This document shows, piece by piece, positions 19,790-27,052 of a stretch of 64,000 nt of DNA. Location of the stretch: NCBI GenBank assembly GCA_001802945.1, contig MHAK01000134.1, positions 1,382-65,381 of the forward strand, written 5' to 3'. The stretch's first letter is position 1. Each line of letters starts with the position of its first letter. The notes beneath the pieces are model-generated. The model worked only from the letters and a program-made list of their open reading frames with translations, searched no databases and was not told where the DNA came from. This DNA comes from Ignavibacteria bacterium RIFCSPLOWO2_12_FULL_56_21. Its GTDB lineage: Bacteria > Bacteroidota > Ignavibacteria > UBA10030. Position numbers and translations under genes: made by a program.

Positions 19790-20395
19790 ATGGCCCACCT
19801 CCCCATGACTCTTCTCTACCGCGAAAAGTTCATCAAGGACTCTCTGCGCGAAAGCGCAGACGTCAAGTTGAAGATCGCAGAGCAGCTTCCAAACGCCATC
19901 TCCAAGGCCATCGACCTGCTTCTGAAGGCGCTGACGGCTAAAAAGAAGGTTCTCCTCTGCGGCAATGGCGGGAGTGCGGCTGATGCGCAGCACCTGGCGA
20001 CGGAATTCGTGATCCGTCTTAACCCGAAGATTCAGCGGCCCGGAATTCCGGCCATCGCCCTGACGACCGATACGTCAAATCTTACGGCCGGAGCCAACGA
20101 CCTGGGGTACGACAATGTGTTCGCGCGGTCGGTGGAGGCGCTCGGGAACGAAGGGGACGTTCTCATCGGCATTTCGACAAGCGGGAATTCCGAGAGCGTC
20201 AACCGTGCTTTCAAGAAGGCCCGCGAAAAGAAGATGATTACGATCGCCTTTCTGGGTAAGGACGGTGGGATGGCCAAGGAACTCGTCGACCACTCCATCA
20301 TCGTCCCCTCCGCCGACACACAGCGGATCCAGGAAGGTCACATCACAATCGGACATATCATCTTTCAGGAAGTGGAGCAGGAAATGTATGGATGA
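19790..20395 (+). CDS. gmhA: D-sedoheptulose-7-phosphate isomerase (SIS domain)
   Basis: 201 aa with CGNGGSAADAQHLATEF, GISTSGNS and QEGHITIGH. Confidence 0.85.
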   Translation: MAHLPMTLLYREKFIKDSLRESADVKLKIAEQLPNAISKAIDLLLKALTAKKKVLLCGNGGSAADAQHLATEFVIRLNPKIQRPGIPAIALTTDTSNLTAGANDLGYDNVFARSVEALGNEGDVLIGISTSGNSESVNRAFKKAREKKMITIAFLGKDGGMAKELVDHSIIVPSADTQRIQEGHITIGHIIFQEVEQEMYG

Positions 20396-20400
20396 TGCAG

Positions 20401-20445
20401 CAAGCACCAAGTTCCAACTCTCAAGCACCAAATAAGTTCCAAAGG
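20401..20445. repeat. ~22-nt direct word repeat (CAAGCACCAA..GTTCCAA x2)
   Basis: caagcaccaagttccaactct followed by caagcaccaaataagttccaaagg, immediately after the gmhA stop. Confidence 0.75.
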
Positions 20446-20596
20446 CTTGCCTGCACAAGGCGCAGGAGAACTTGTAAACGACAAAACGCAATGCCTAGGC
20501 GATTGAACTGCGGTGTGTACACTGAAATTGGAATCTTAGAACCGGTTTGTCCATGGACTTCACATCGCCGTTTGCTGTAACAGTCTATTCCGCGTA

Positions 20597-22012
20597 ATGC
20601 TCTCTTCCCGCCGCAAGGATCTCTTCATACCCGCCGCCACGGTTTTCGTCGATGCGGTGGCGATCGAGCTCGCGTTCCTCCTCTCCTACTGGCTTCGCTT
20701 CCATTCCCCGCTGACCGAATTCATCCCGGTCACGAAAGGGTTTCCTCCCTTGATCGCGTATGTCCGGGGTTCTCTGTTTGTCATTCCCGTCTGGCTCTGG
20801 CTCTTCTCACGCCGCGGGATGTACAGGACGAGGCGGAATCTCTACTTCTCCGACGAGTTCTTCGCCCTTGTTCGCCTTGTCGTCATCGGCATGCTCGTCG
20901 TCATGGCGGCGGCATTCTTCTACCGCACGTTCTCCTACTCCCGGGCCGTTTTCGGGCTCCTCGGGCTTTCGGCCATATTGACGCTGTCGCTCGGCCGCGT
21001 GGCGATGATGAGCTTCGAACGATTGTGGTACCGACGGGGATTTGACCTCGAATGCATTCTCATCGTCGGTTCGAGCCCGCAGGCTTCTCGACTCAGCGAA
21101 GCGTTCGCACGAAAACCGCAGCTGGGCTATCGTGTCGTCGGATATTGTACAGTCGACGGGAGGGCACGCACGTCGATGCAACACTCCGTCAAACTGGGTT
21201 CCATTAATGACGTACCGCGTCTTATCCGCGAGCGCCAGGTCCATCTTGTGCTCATCGCGTTGGGTGAAAGCAACCACGACGTCGTCGAGCGGCTCATCCG
21301 CGAATGCGAGGGCCTGAACGTCGAACTGATGATGGTTCCCGACCTCGTGGAATTGCTCACCAGCCAGGTCAGCTTGAAAGACCTCGAGGGCGTTCCACTC
21401 ATCCGCGTCAAAGGTCTCGCGCTCAGCCCGTGGAATACGTTCATCAAGCGGACATTTGACGTCGTAACGGCAATTGTGCTCCTGCTTCTGCTCAGTCCGA
21501 TTTTCTTGTTCCTCATGCTGCTCGTGAAAATGACGTCCAAAGGCCCGGTCTTTTTCTTGCAAGAGCGCGTCGGCCTCAACGGAGAGACCTTTAAGGTCAT
21601 TAAGTTTCGTTCGATGCGGGTAGATGCGGAAAAATCGACGGGGCCCGTGTGGGCGAAGCGGAGCGACCCCCGAACGACGGCGATTGGGAGGATCCTGCGC
21701 CGGTTCAGTCTTGATGAGCTGCCGCAGCTGATCAACGTCATCCGCGGCGACATGAGCCTGGTGGGACCGCGGCCGGAGCGGCCGCACTTTGTGGAACAAT
21801 TCCGGAAGAAAGTACCAAAGTATTTGGAGCGCCAGCGTGTAAAGACCGGCATGACAGGTTGGGCGCAAGTGAACGGCATGCGCGGGAATGCACCGATCGA
21901 GGAAAGAACGAGATACGACGTGTACTACGTGGAGAATTGGTCGCTGGTGTTCGATTTGAAAATCATCTTAAAGACAATCCGGGCAGTGCTGTTTGGAAAA
22001 GATGCGTATTGA
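20597..22012 (+). CDS. undecaprenyl-phosphate sugar phosphotransferase (WbaP/EPS priming glycosyltransferase family)
   Basis: 471 aa with N-terminal TM helices. C-terminal bacterial sugar-transferase domain: KRTFDVVTAIVLLLLLSPIFL, GPVFFLQERVGLNGETFKVIKFRSM, DELPQLINVIRGDMSLVGPRP. Confidence 0.9.
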   Translation: MLSSRRKDLFIPAATVFVDAVAIELAFLLSYWLRFHSPLTEFIPVTKGFPPLIAYVRGSLFVIPVWLWLFSRRGMYRTRRNLYFSDEFFALVRLVVIGMLVVMAAAFFYRTFSYSRAVFGLLGLSAILTLSLGRVAMMSFERLWYRRGFDLECILIVGSSPQASRLSEAFARKPQLGYRVVGYCTVDGRARTSMQHSVKLGSINDVPRLIRERQVHLVLIALGESNHDVVERLIRECEGLNVELMMVPDLVELLTSQVSLKDLEGVPLIRVKGLALSPWNTFIKRTFDVVTAIVLLLLLSPIFLFLMLLVKMTSKGPVFFLQERVGLNGETFKVIKFRSMRVDAEKSTGPVWAKRSDPRTTAIGRILRRFSLDELPQLINVIRGDMSLVGPRPERPHFVEQFRKKVPKYLERQRVKTGMTGWAQVNGMRGNAPIEERTRYDVYYVENWSLVFDLKIILKTIRAVLFGKDAY

Positions 22013-22014
22013 CA

Positions 22015-22070
22015 TGGCAAATGTCAGAATGCAGAAAGCAGACTGCAGAAGGCAGATGACAGACTGAAGA
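22015..22070. repeat. degenerate heptanucleotide array (8 units, nnnCAGA), inverse family of the 15999-16079 array
   Basis: CAGA/CAAA/AAGA recurs at 22018, 25, 32, 39, 46, 53, 60 and 67 (exact 7-nt period). It shares atgcagaaagcaga..aggcag with the reverse complement of 16024-16051. Confidence 0.85.
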
Positions 22071-22092
22071 CGGACGTGGGTAAAGTTCTCGT

Positions 22093-22455
22093 ATGATCGC
22101 CGCGATCATCTTTGCCATGCATGCTATTCTCGCTGTCGTGATGTTCCTCCGTGGCAAGCGTACAAGCACGGAAGAGGCCGTGCTGGGGTTGTCGCTCGTG
22201 GTCCTGATCTTCGCCATCGGATGGACGCTGGCGACGTTCCTTGTCGGACTCGTCTGGCCGGAAAGGGGAATCGGGCTGCTGATCGACAATTGGGGCGACA
22301 CACCGACGAAGAGATTCCTTTACCGGGAGATCACCGTGGACTCGATGTCCTTGGTGCTGCTCTCGGTGGGCGAGGCAGTGTTCTACAGGGGATATCTTGG
22401 AAGGAAGATGGAAAAAGAAGAAAAAAACAGAAGGGGGGATGAGGCAAACCGATGA
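22093..22455 (+). CDS. small hypothetical membrane protein
   Basis: 120 aa with three hydrophobic helices (IIFAMHAILAVVMFL, LGLSLVVLIFAIGWTLATFLVGLVW, MSLVLLSVGEAVFY). No recognisable family. Confidence 0.45.
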   Translation: MIAAIIFAMHAILAVVMFLRGKRTSTEEAVLGLSLVVLIFAIGWTLATFLVGLVWPERGIGLLIDNWGDTPTKRFLYREITVDSMSLVLLSVGEAVFYRGYLGRKMEKEEKNRRGDEANR

Positions 22456-22466
22456 GGGTAATCTCC

Positions 22467-22555
22467 GGAATGATGGAATAATGGATTGATGGAATGATTG
22501 TGGAGATCGATTTGAATCCAATTCCATAATTCCAATATTCCACTATTCCATTCCC
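22467..22555. repeat. inverted pair of ~8-nt tandem arrays (GGAATGAT.. / ..ATTCC); long imperfect hairpin between convergent genes
   Basis: Left arm ggaatgatggaataatggattgatggaatgattgtggaga. Right arm tccaattccataattccaatattccactattccattccc, with TTCC every 8 nt. The arms are approximately reverse-complementary. Confidence 0.8.
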
Positions 22556-22574
22556 ACGTGTTCTTCTTAAAGCT

Positions 22575-23375
22575 CTACCTCAGCTTAAACACAAACGTCA
22601 CCACGCACGTCTGCGCAATCTGAGGCACGCTACCCGGAAGGGGTTCGAATCTCCACAATCGTAATTCCTTCATCGCCACGTCCTCGAGAGCGCGATTCGC
22701 CTTCTGAATAGGCTGGACCATACGCACGGTCCCGTCGGGCAAAACGTGGGCCTGAATGCGGACCTGTGCCTCTACATTCGTTCCGGCCGGATACTGTGGC
22801 AGATCACCCGAAAGCCTCTGACGCGCCCCGCCCCCCGACCACTGCACGTTGTATCCCACACCTGAACCGCTGCCTGTCGTTCCCGGCTTGTTGACACCGC
22901 TTCCGGCCGCTGTCGAGGGGGAGGTCGTGCCCGCCTGATCTGTCTCTTTCCCGGTCATCAACTGCTGGCGCGAACCGATCGGTTCCGGCCGCTCCAGCGC
23001 GCTTCGCTCCGACTTTTCCGGCGTCACGTCAGGACCTGCCGCGTCCATTTTGTCCATCCGGCTTTGCACGGCGAGCATATCCTGGGTCGGGTCCGGCAAG
23101 GTTCTCCGGGGAAGGACCACGCGACGTGAAGCAGGGGTCGACGTGACCGCCTTTTCCCTGTTGACGATGGGCGCTGTTTTTGTCGTCGTCGCGGGGCGCG
23201 CGGGAATGGGGGATGGGCGTTCTGATCTTTCAGGGGCGGCGACAGCACCCCAATCCATTTCCACGAATTCGATGGAGCGGACTGCATCGGACATGCGGAT
23301 CAGGAGGGCGATCAGCATGAACAGCAGATGCAGAAGGACGGACCCGGTCCATCCAATGCGCAATTGCGGGGTCAC
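22575..23375 (-). CDS. tonB: energy transducer TonB family protein
   Basis: 266 aa with an N-terminal TM anchor (GSVLLHLLFMLIALLI), a Pro/Thr/Ser-rich linker, and a C-terminal TonB-C-like block (YPAGTNVEAQVRIQAHVLPDGTV..ALEDVAMKELRLWRFEP). Confidence 0.8.
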   Translation of the reverse strand: MTPQLRIGWTGSVLLHLLFMLIALLIRMSDAVRSIEFVEMDWGAVAAPERSERPSPIPARPATTTKTAPIVNREKAVTSTPASRRVVLPRRTLPDPTQDMLAVQSRMDKMDAAGPDVTPEKSERSALERPEPIGSRQQLMTGKETDQAGTTSPSTAAGSGVNKPGTTGSGSGVGYNVQWSGGGARQRLSGDLPQYPAGTNVEAQVRIQAHVLPDGTVRMVQPIQKANRALEDVAMKELRLWRFEPLPGSVPQIAQTCVVTFVFKLR

Positions 23376-23380
23376 GAACG

Positions 23381-23785
23381 CTATTCCAGGGGTTCGGTGG
23401 CAATGAGGAATCGCGTGCCGCCGGCGGACTTTACCGCATCCATGGCTTCAACCGCTTTCTGCAGCGTGACATTGCGGTCAGCCTGAATGATGACGACCTG
23501 ATCGGGCTCTTTGCGAAGGAGATCGCGGACTTGCGTCAAGAGCTGATCCATTGTCAACGGTCGCGAGTTGAGATAGACATTCCCCTCTCCATCGACGGAG
23601 ACAATGATCTGGGAGCGTGTTTCCTGTTCACGCAAAAGCGCCTTCGGCAGCTGCACCTTGACGCCGCTTTGAATGACGAATGCTGAAGAGAGGAGGAAAA
23701 AGATCAATAACTGGAGGACGACATCGGTGAGTGACGCGTAGGAAAAAGCGGCAAGATATTCTTGTTTGGAACTGCGGAAGCGCAT
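23381..23785 (-). CDS. exbD: ExbD/TolR family biopolymer transport protein
   Basis: 134 aa with SLTDVVLQLLIFFLLS TM and the VIIQADRNVTLQKAVEAMDAVKSAG block. Confidence 0.9.
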   Translation of the reverse strand: MRFRSSKQEYLAAFSYASLTDVVLQLLIFFLLSSAFVIQSGVKVQLPKALLREQETRSQIIVSVDGEGNVYLNSRPLTMDQLLTQVRDLLRKEPDQVVIIQADRNVTLQKAVEAMDAVKSAGGTRFLIATEPLE

Positions 23786-23803
23786 GTTGAGCTAGCGAGA
23801 CAA

Positions 23804-23845
23804 CAGAGATCAGGTGGCAGATGTCAGAAGTCAGGAGACATTCTG
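23804..23845. repeat. heptanucleotide array (6 units, CAGnnnn) in the exbB-exbD spacer
   Basis: cagagat caggtgg cagatgt cagaagt caggaga cattctg, with CAG/CAT at 23804, 11, 18, 25, 32 and 39. Confidence 0.85.
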
Positions 23846-23873
23846 AACAACCGCACGGCAATCGTACCTTGCT

Positions 23874-24527
23874 TTATTTTGTCTTCCGACTGTTCGATTC
23901 CTGATCCTGCTCCAACGCACCCGAACGGACCAAGTCCAGGAATTCCTCAGACCCGTGCTCCAATTCGAACACGAACCGATTCACCCGCGAGAGGAAGTAG
24001 TTGTAGAAGCCGTATGCAGGAATACCGACGAACAAACCGAACGCCGTTGTCAGGAGGGCTTCCCATATGCCTCCCGCCAGGTCGGCCGGCGATGCAGTGC
24101 CGCTGAGTTGCTCGATGGTGCGGAACGCGCCGATCATGCCGGTGACCGTCCCGAGGAATCCGAGAAGCGGAGCGATACCGGCAACGTTGGCCAGTACGCT
24201 CATGCGTTCTTCGAGCTTGAACGCCTCCTCTTTGCCGGCATTCTCAATCGCCTCGCGGACACGATCATGTCCCTCCGGATACGTTGTCAATCCGCGCTTT
24301 AGGATCCTGGCGAGCGGTGCGTCGGTCTTGGAACAGAAATCCACGGCCTCCCTCAATTCTCCGCGCTTCATGACGGAACGGAGGCGCATCAAGAATTGCC
24401 CTGCATCGACGCGGGCCCGACGCAGCACGAGCCAACGTTCGATGATCACGACGGCTCCGATGACCGACGTAAGCAATATCGGCCACATCACCGCTCCACC
24501 GCGCAAGAACAGGTCGAACAGGTTCAT
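23874..24527 (-). CDS. exbB: MotA/TolQ/ExbB proton-channel protein
   Basis: MNLFDLFLRGGAVMWPILL.., LANVAGIAPLLGFLGTVTGMIGAF, GGIWEALLTTAFGLFVGIPA. Start set at ATG 24527. The track's upstream extension (MCVVCVVCVV) is translated 9-mer repeat. Confidence 0.9.
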   Translation of the reverse strand: MNLFDLFLRGGAVMWPILLTSVIGAVVIIERWLVLRRARVDAGQFLMRLRSVMKRGELREAVDFCSKTDAPLARILKRGLTTYPEGHDRVREAIENAGKEEAFKLEERMSVLANVAGIAPLLGFLGTVTGMIGAFRTIEQLSGTASPADLAGGIWEALLTTAFGLFVGIPAYGFYNYFLSRVNRFVFELEHGSEEFLDLVRSGALEQDQESNSRKTK

Positions 24528-24549
24528 GGAAAACCATTGAGAAAGAAGT

Positions 24550-24589
24550 GACGCAACGACGCACACAACGCACACAACGCACACAACGA
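24550..24589. repeat. 9-nt tandem repeat (GCACACAAC x3 plus a degenerate unit) in the SPOR-exbB spacer
   Basis: gcacacaac at 24561-24569, 24570-24578 and 24579-24587, preceded by gacgcaacgac. Confidence 0.9.
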
Positions 24590-24607
24590 GACTTTCGCGC
24601 TTGCGCT

Positions 24608-25288
24608 CTATCTCGTCCTGATCTTATCTATAACATAATTCGACCGGATCTGTTCCGCGAACGTTTTCACCGCTTCCTTGGCGTCGTCGCGAGAGGGATA
24701 GCGGCCAATTCTGACCGTATACCAATCTCCGCCCTTCATGGGAACTTTTTCCACAAATGCGGGATAACCGGCGATCTCGAGATTCCCTTTGATGTCCTGA
24801 GCCTTTTCCGCCTCACGGAACGCAACAACCTGGATCGTGTAATCACCCTTCATTGCCGCCAGGTCTCCCGAAGCCAGGCCGGGCATTTCGCCATCTGCAC
24901 CTGCTTTTTCGATTTTCTTGGTCGCTGCAGGAGCTCCCGCTCGTTCATCGAGCGGAGGCGTCTCGAGCATGGCAACATCGCCAGTCTGACCCTCGCCTCC
25001 CTGCATCGTCGAATCCATCGGCTGCTCGGCGTACATCTGCTCATCATACGCGTTCTCGGGGAGCGGTTCTTCGACAGTCATGACCGTCGGCTTCTTGCCC
25101 CACAGCTTGATGATGCCGCGGCTGTTGAGGACGTAAACGGCCCCCGCGAGAATCAGAACAACAAGAAAGAGAATGATAATGATCCGTCCCCCGCCCCCTC
25201 CACCGCCGCCTCTCATCGGTGCAGCTGATACGGCGCCACCGTCATCTTCGACACCGCCTTCGTCGTCGATCAGGTTAAGATCAGGCAT
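24608..25288 (-). CDS. SPOR domain-containing membrane protein
   Basis: 226 aa with a Gly-rich stretch, a TM helix (IIIILFLVVLILAGAVYVL), and a C-terminal SPOR-like YTIQVVAFREAEKAQDIKGNLEIAGYPAFVEKVPMKGGDWYTVRIGRYPSRDDAKEAV. Confidence 0.8.
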   Translation of the reverse strand: MPDLNLIDDEGGVEDDGGAVSAAPMRGGGGGGGGRIIIILFLVVLILAGAVYVLNSRGIIKLWGKKPTVMTVEEPLPENAYDEQMYAEQPMDSTMQGGEGQTGDVAMLETPPLDERAGAPAATKKIEKAGADGEMPGLASGDLAAMKGDYTIQVVAFREAEKAQDIKGNLEIAGYPAFVEKVPMKGGDWYTVRIGRYPSRDDAKEAVKTFAEQIRSNYVIDKIRTR

Positions 25289-25330
25289 GGGAAGCCTCCT
25301 AGTGATAGAATGAGAACACGATCGTGCCGA

Positions 25331-27052
25331 CTACCATGTCGCAGCCGCACCCAGCGAAAGCTGGAACGGCGGTTCCTGATAGCCCGCCCAATGTTGGTAG
25401 ATTGCATTCGTGAGATTCGCGGCCGCCGCCCAAAGGGCGATGGATGATGTGACAGAATACGCTCCGCGCACGTCGATGCGAGTATATCCGCTGAGCCGCG
25501 CGGAAGATCCCGTAAGGCTCGTTTCACGCGTATGGACGAATTGCAGGGATGATCGAAAATTCAATTTTTCGATTGGCGATGTCGTGTACGAAAACCTCAT
25601 CTCGGCTTCGGGCACATACGGAACAGGTCGGCCGCTTGCCGAGTTCTCGCTCGAACGCATCATGAAAGCCGCAGAAAAATAGTCATTTAGGCCGAAATGT
25701 GCAACAAAATCAGCCTTGATCCCGACGATCCTTGAGGTTCCTCCGTACGCTGCTTGGAAGACTCCGGACCCCGTAGTATCGACCGTATGAGGGAGGTCGT
25801 CAGTCGTTGTTCCTTCGAGCTCGAATCTCGTGCGAATGTCGTCCGTCCACTCGGACTCAAGACCGATGCGACCTGAGTTCCAGTTCACCGCGTGACGGAT
25901 CTCAGAACCGGCGTCGACATATCTCATGTTTTCAAGCGTGGAGCCAAGCGTCGTCGGAACCACGCCAGGCTCGTATGCGCCGATAAGGGTTTGTCTCGGA
26001 TCGAGAGCGTACGATACCCGCAATGTTGGGAAAACGCGAACGAGGGATCCGCCGGCCGATCCAGAACCAAAATAACCGTCCACCGCGGCGGTAAGTGCGA
26101 AAGCTTCAAACGGAACCCACTGTGCCCCGCCGCCAAAGGTTGTTAACCCGTACGTATTGTCCGCGGCCCCCGACCTTCCGGCAGTATGGGAACGAAGTCG
26201 TGTGAAAACAGGAATGCCCTCCAGGGTCCCGTCTCCCCGCATGCCGATGGAGAAGATTCCTTCGCGAACGGTCGTTGTGGAGTCGGTCACTCCCGTTCCA
26301 CGGTAGCCAACCTCCGTCGATCCGGTCCAGCCTCCACCGATCGACCCCCCCGCCATGACGGACACGGACCCGTCGGCAATGGAGCGGGCGTTCGACGGTG
26401 AAGTGCTCCCGTACCAACGGAAATCGCGAACTCCGTATGCGACAGAAGCGGATGCTGCGGATCCGCTCATGCCAATGCCGGTAAGGTCGACGGGGGACCC
26501 GACCGACGCGCCGATCTTACCTTCGGACCAGCGAGCATTCGGGGTGAATCCGTGCGAGCGAGCGTATGACGCATCTACTACTGTCCTCGCATTTTCCAGC
26601 GGGGCTGAAAGCGCCACGGCGACAGAGGGCGTAGTAAACGATCCGATTCCTGCAGATATGCGTCCCGACAACGAAGAATGTACGAGTTCGGGTCCGCGCA
26701 CCATCGACGCCGTCGGCAATATCTGCGCATTTTCGCGCATCGGCGCTCCGGTTCGCACAGGCATATCTCCCGTCACCGTCTCCGCCGCTGGCAGTTTTTC
26801 CGCACGCGGCAAATCGATGATCTCCCATCCTGTGATGACGAATTCCGGAAGATCGATCTTTGGCAGCTCGGTCTGGGGCCGTTGCTCTGTCGTCTGTCGC
26901 TGCGGCGTTAGATCACGACGTGTATCGGGTGTCGGCTTGGCCTGCCCCAAGAGTATGCATGGTGCGGAACAAGCGACGATCACTGTGGGCAATATGTAGT
27001 TCGAACGATGCATGCGTTTCCGCCAGTGCGGTGCGGCCTTATGAGCGATCAA
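25331..27052 (-). CDS. putative outer-membrane beta-barrel protein
   Basis: 573 aa with a signal sequence (alternative start M at 27013). Gly/Ser/Thr/aromatic-rich alternating pattern and a C-terminal aromatic residue (..SLGAAATW). Confidence 0.55.
   Translation of the reverse strand: MIAHKAAPHWRKRMHRSNYILPTVIVACSAPCILLGQAKPTPDTRRDLTPQRQTTEQRPQTELPKIDLPEFVITGWEIIDLPRAEKLPAAETVTGDMPVRTGAPMRENAQILPTASMVRGPELVHSSLSGRISAGIGSFTTPSVAVALSAPLENARTVVDASYARSHGFTPNARWSEGKIGASVGSPVDLTGIGMSGSAASASVAYGVRDFRWYGSTSPSNARSIADGSVSVMAGGSIGGGWTGSTEVGYRGTGVTDSTTTVREGIFSIGMRGDGTLEGIPVFTRLRSHTAGRSGAADNTYGLTTFGGGAQWVPFEAFALTAAVDGYFGSGSAGGSLVRVFPTLRVSYALDPRQTLIGAYEPGVVPTTLGSTLENMRYVDAGSEIRHAVNWNSGRIGLESEWTDDIRTRFELEGTTTDDLPHTVDTTGSGVFQAAYGGTSRIVGIKADFVAHFGLNDYFSAAFMMRSSENSASGRPVPYVPEAEMRFSYTTSPIEKLNFRSSLQFVHTRETSLTGSSARLSGYTRIDVRGAYSVTSSIALWAAAANLTNAIYQHWAGYQEPPFQLSLGAAATW

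Noticed and set aside
20807-21868. 353-aa and 250-aa minus-strand ORFs.
   Set aside because: They are antisense to the clearly homologous sugar-transferase gene and have Arg/Pro-rich shadow-frame composition.
22642-22651. GGTTCGAATC, a tRNA T-arm-like motif.
   Set aside because: It lies inside the tonB coding frame, with no acceptor or anticodon arms around it.
24528-24584. N-terminal extension MCVVCVVCVVASLLSQWFS of ExbB.
   Set aside because: It is encoded by the GCACACAAC x3 repeat. The conserved ExbB N-terminus starts at M 24527.
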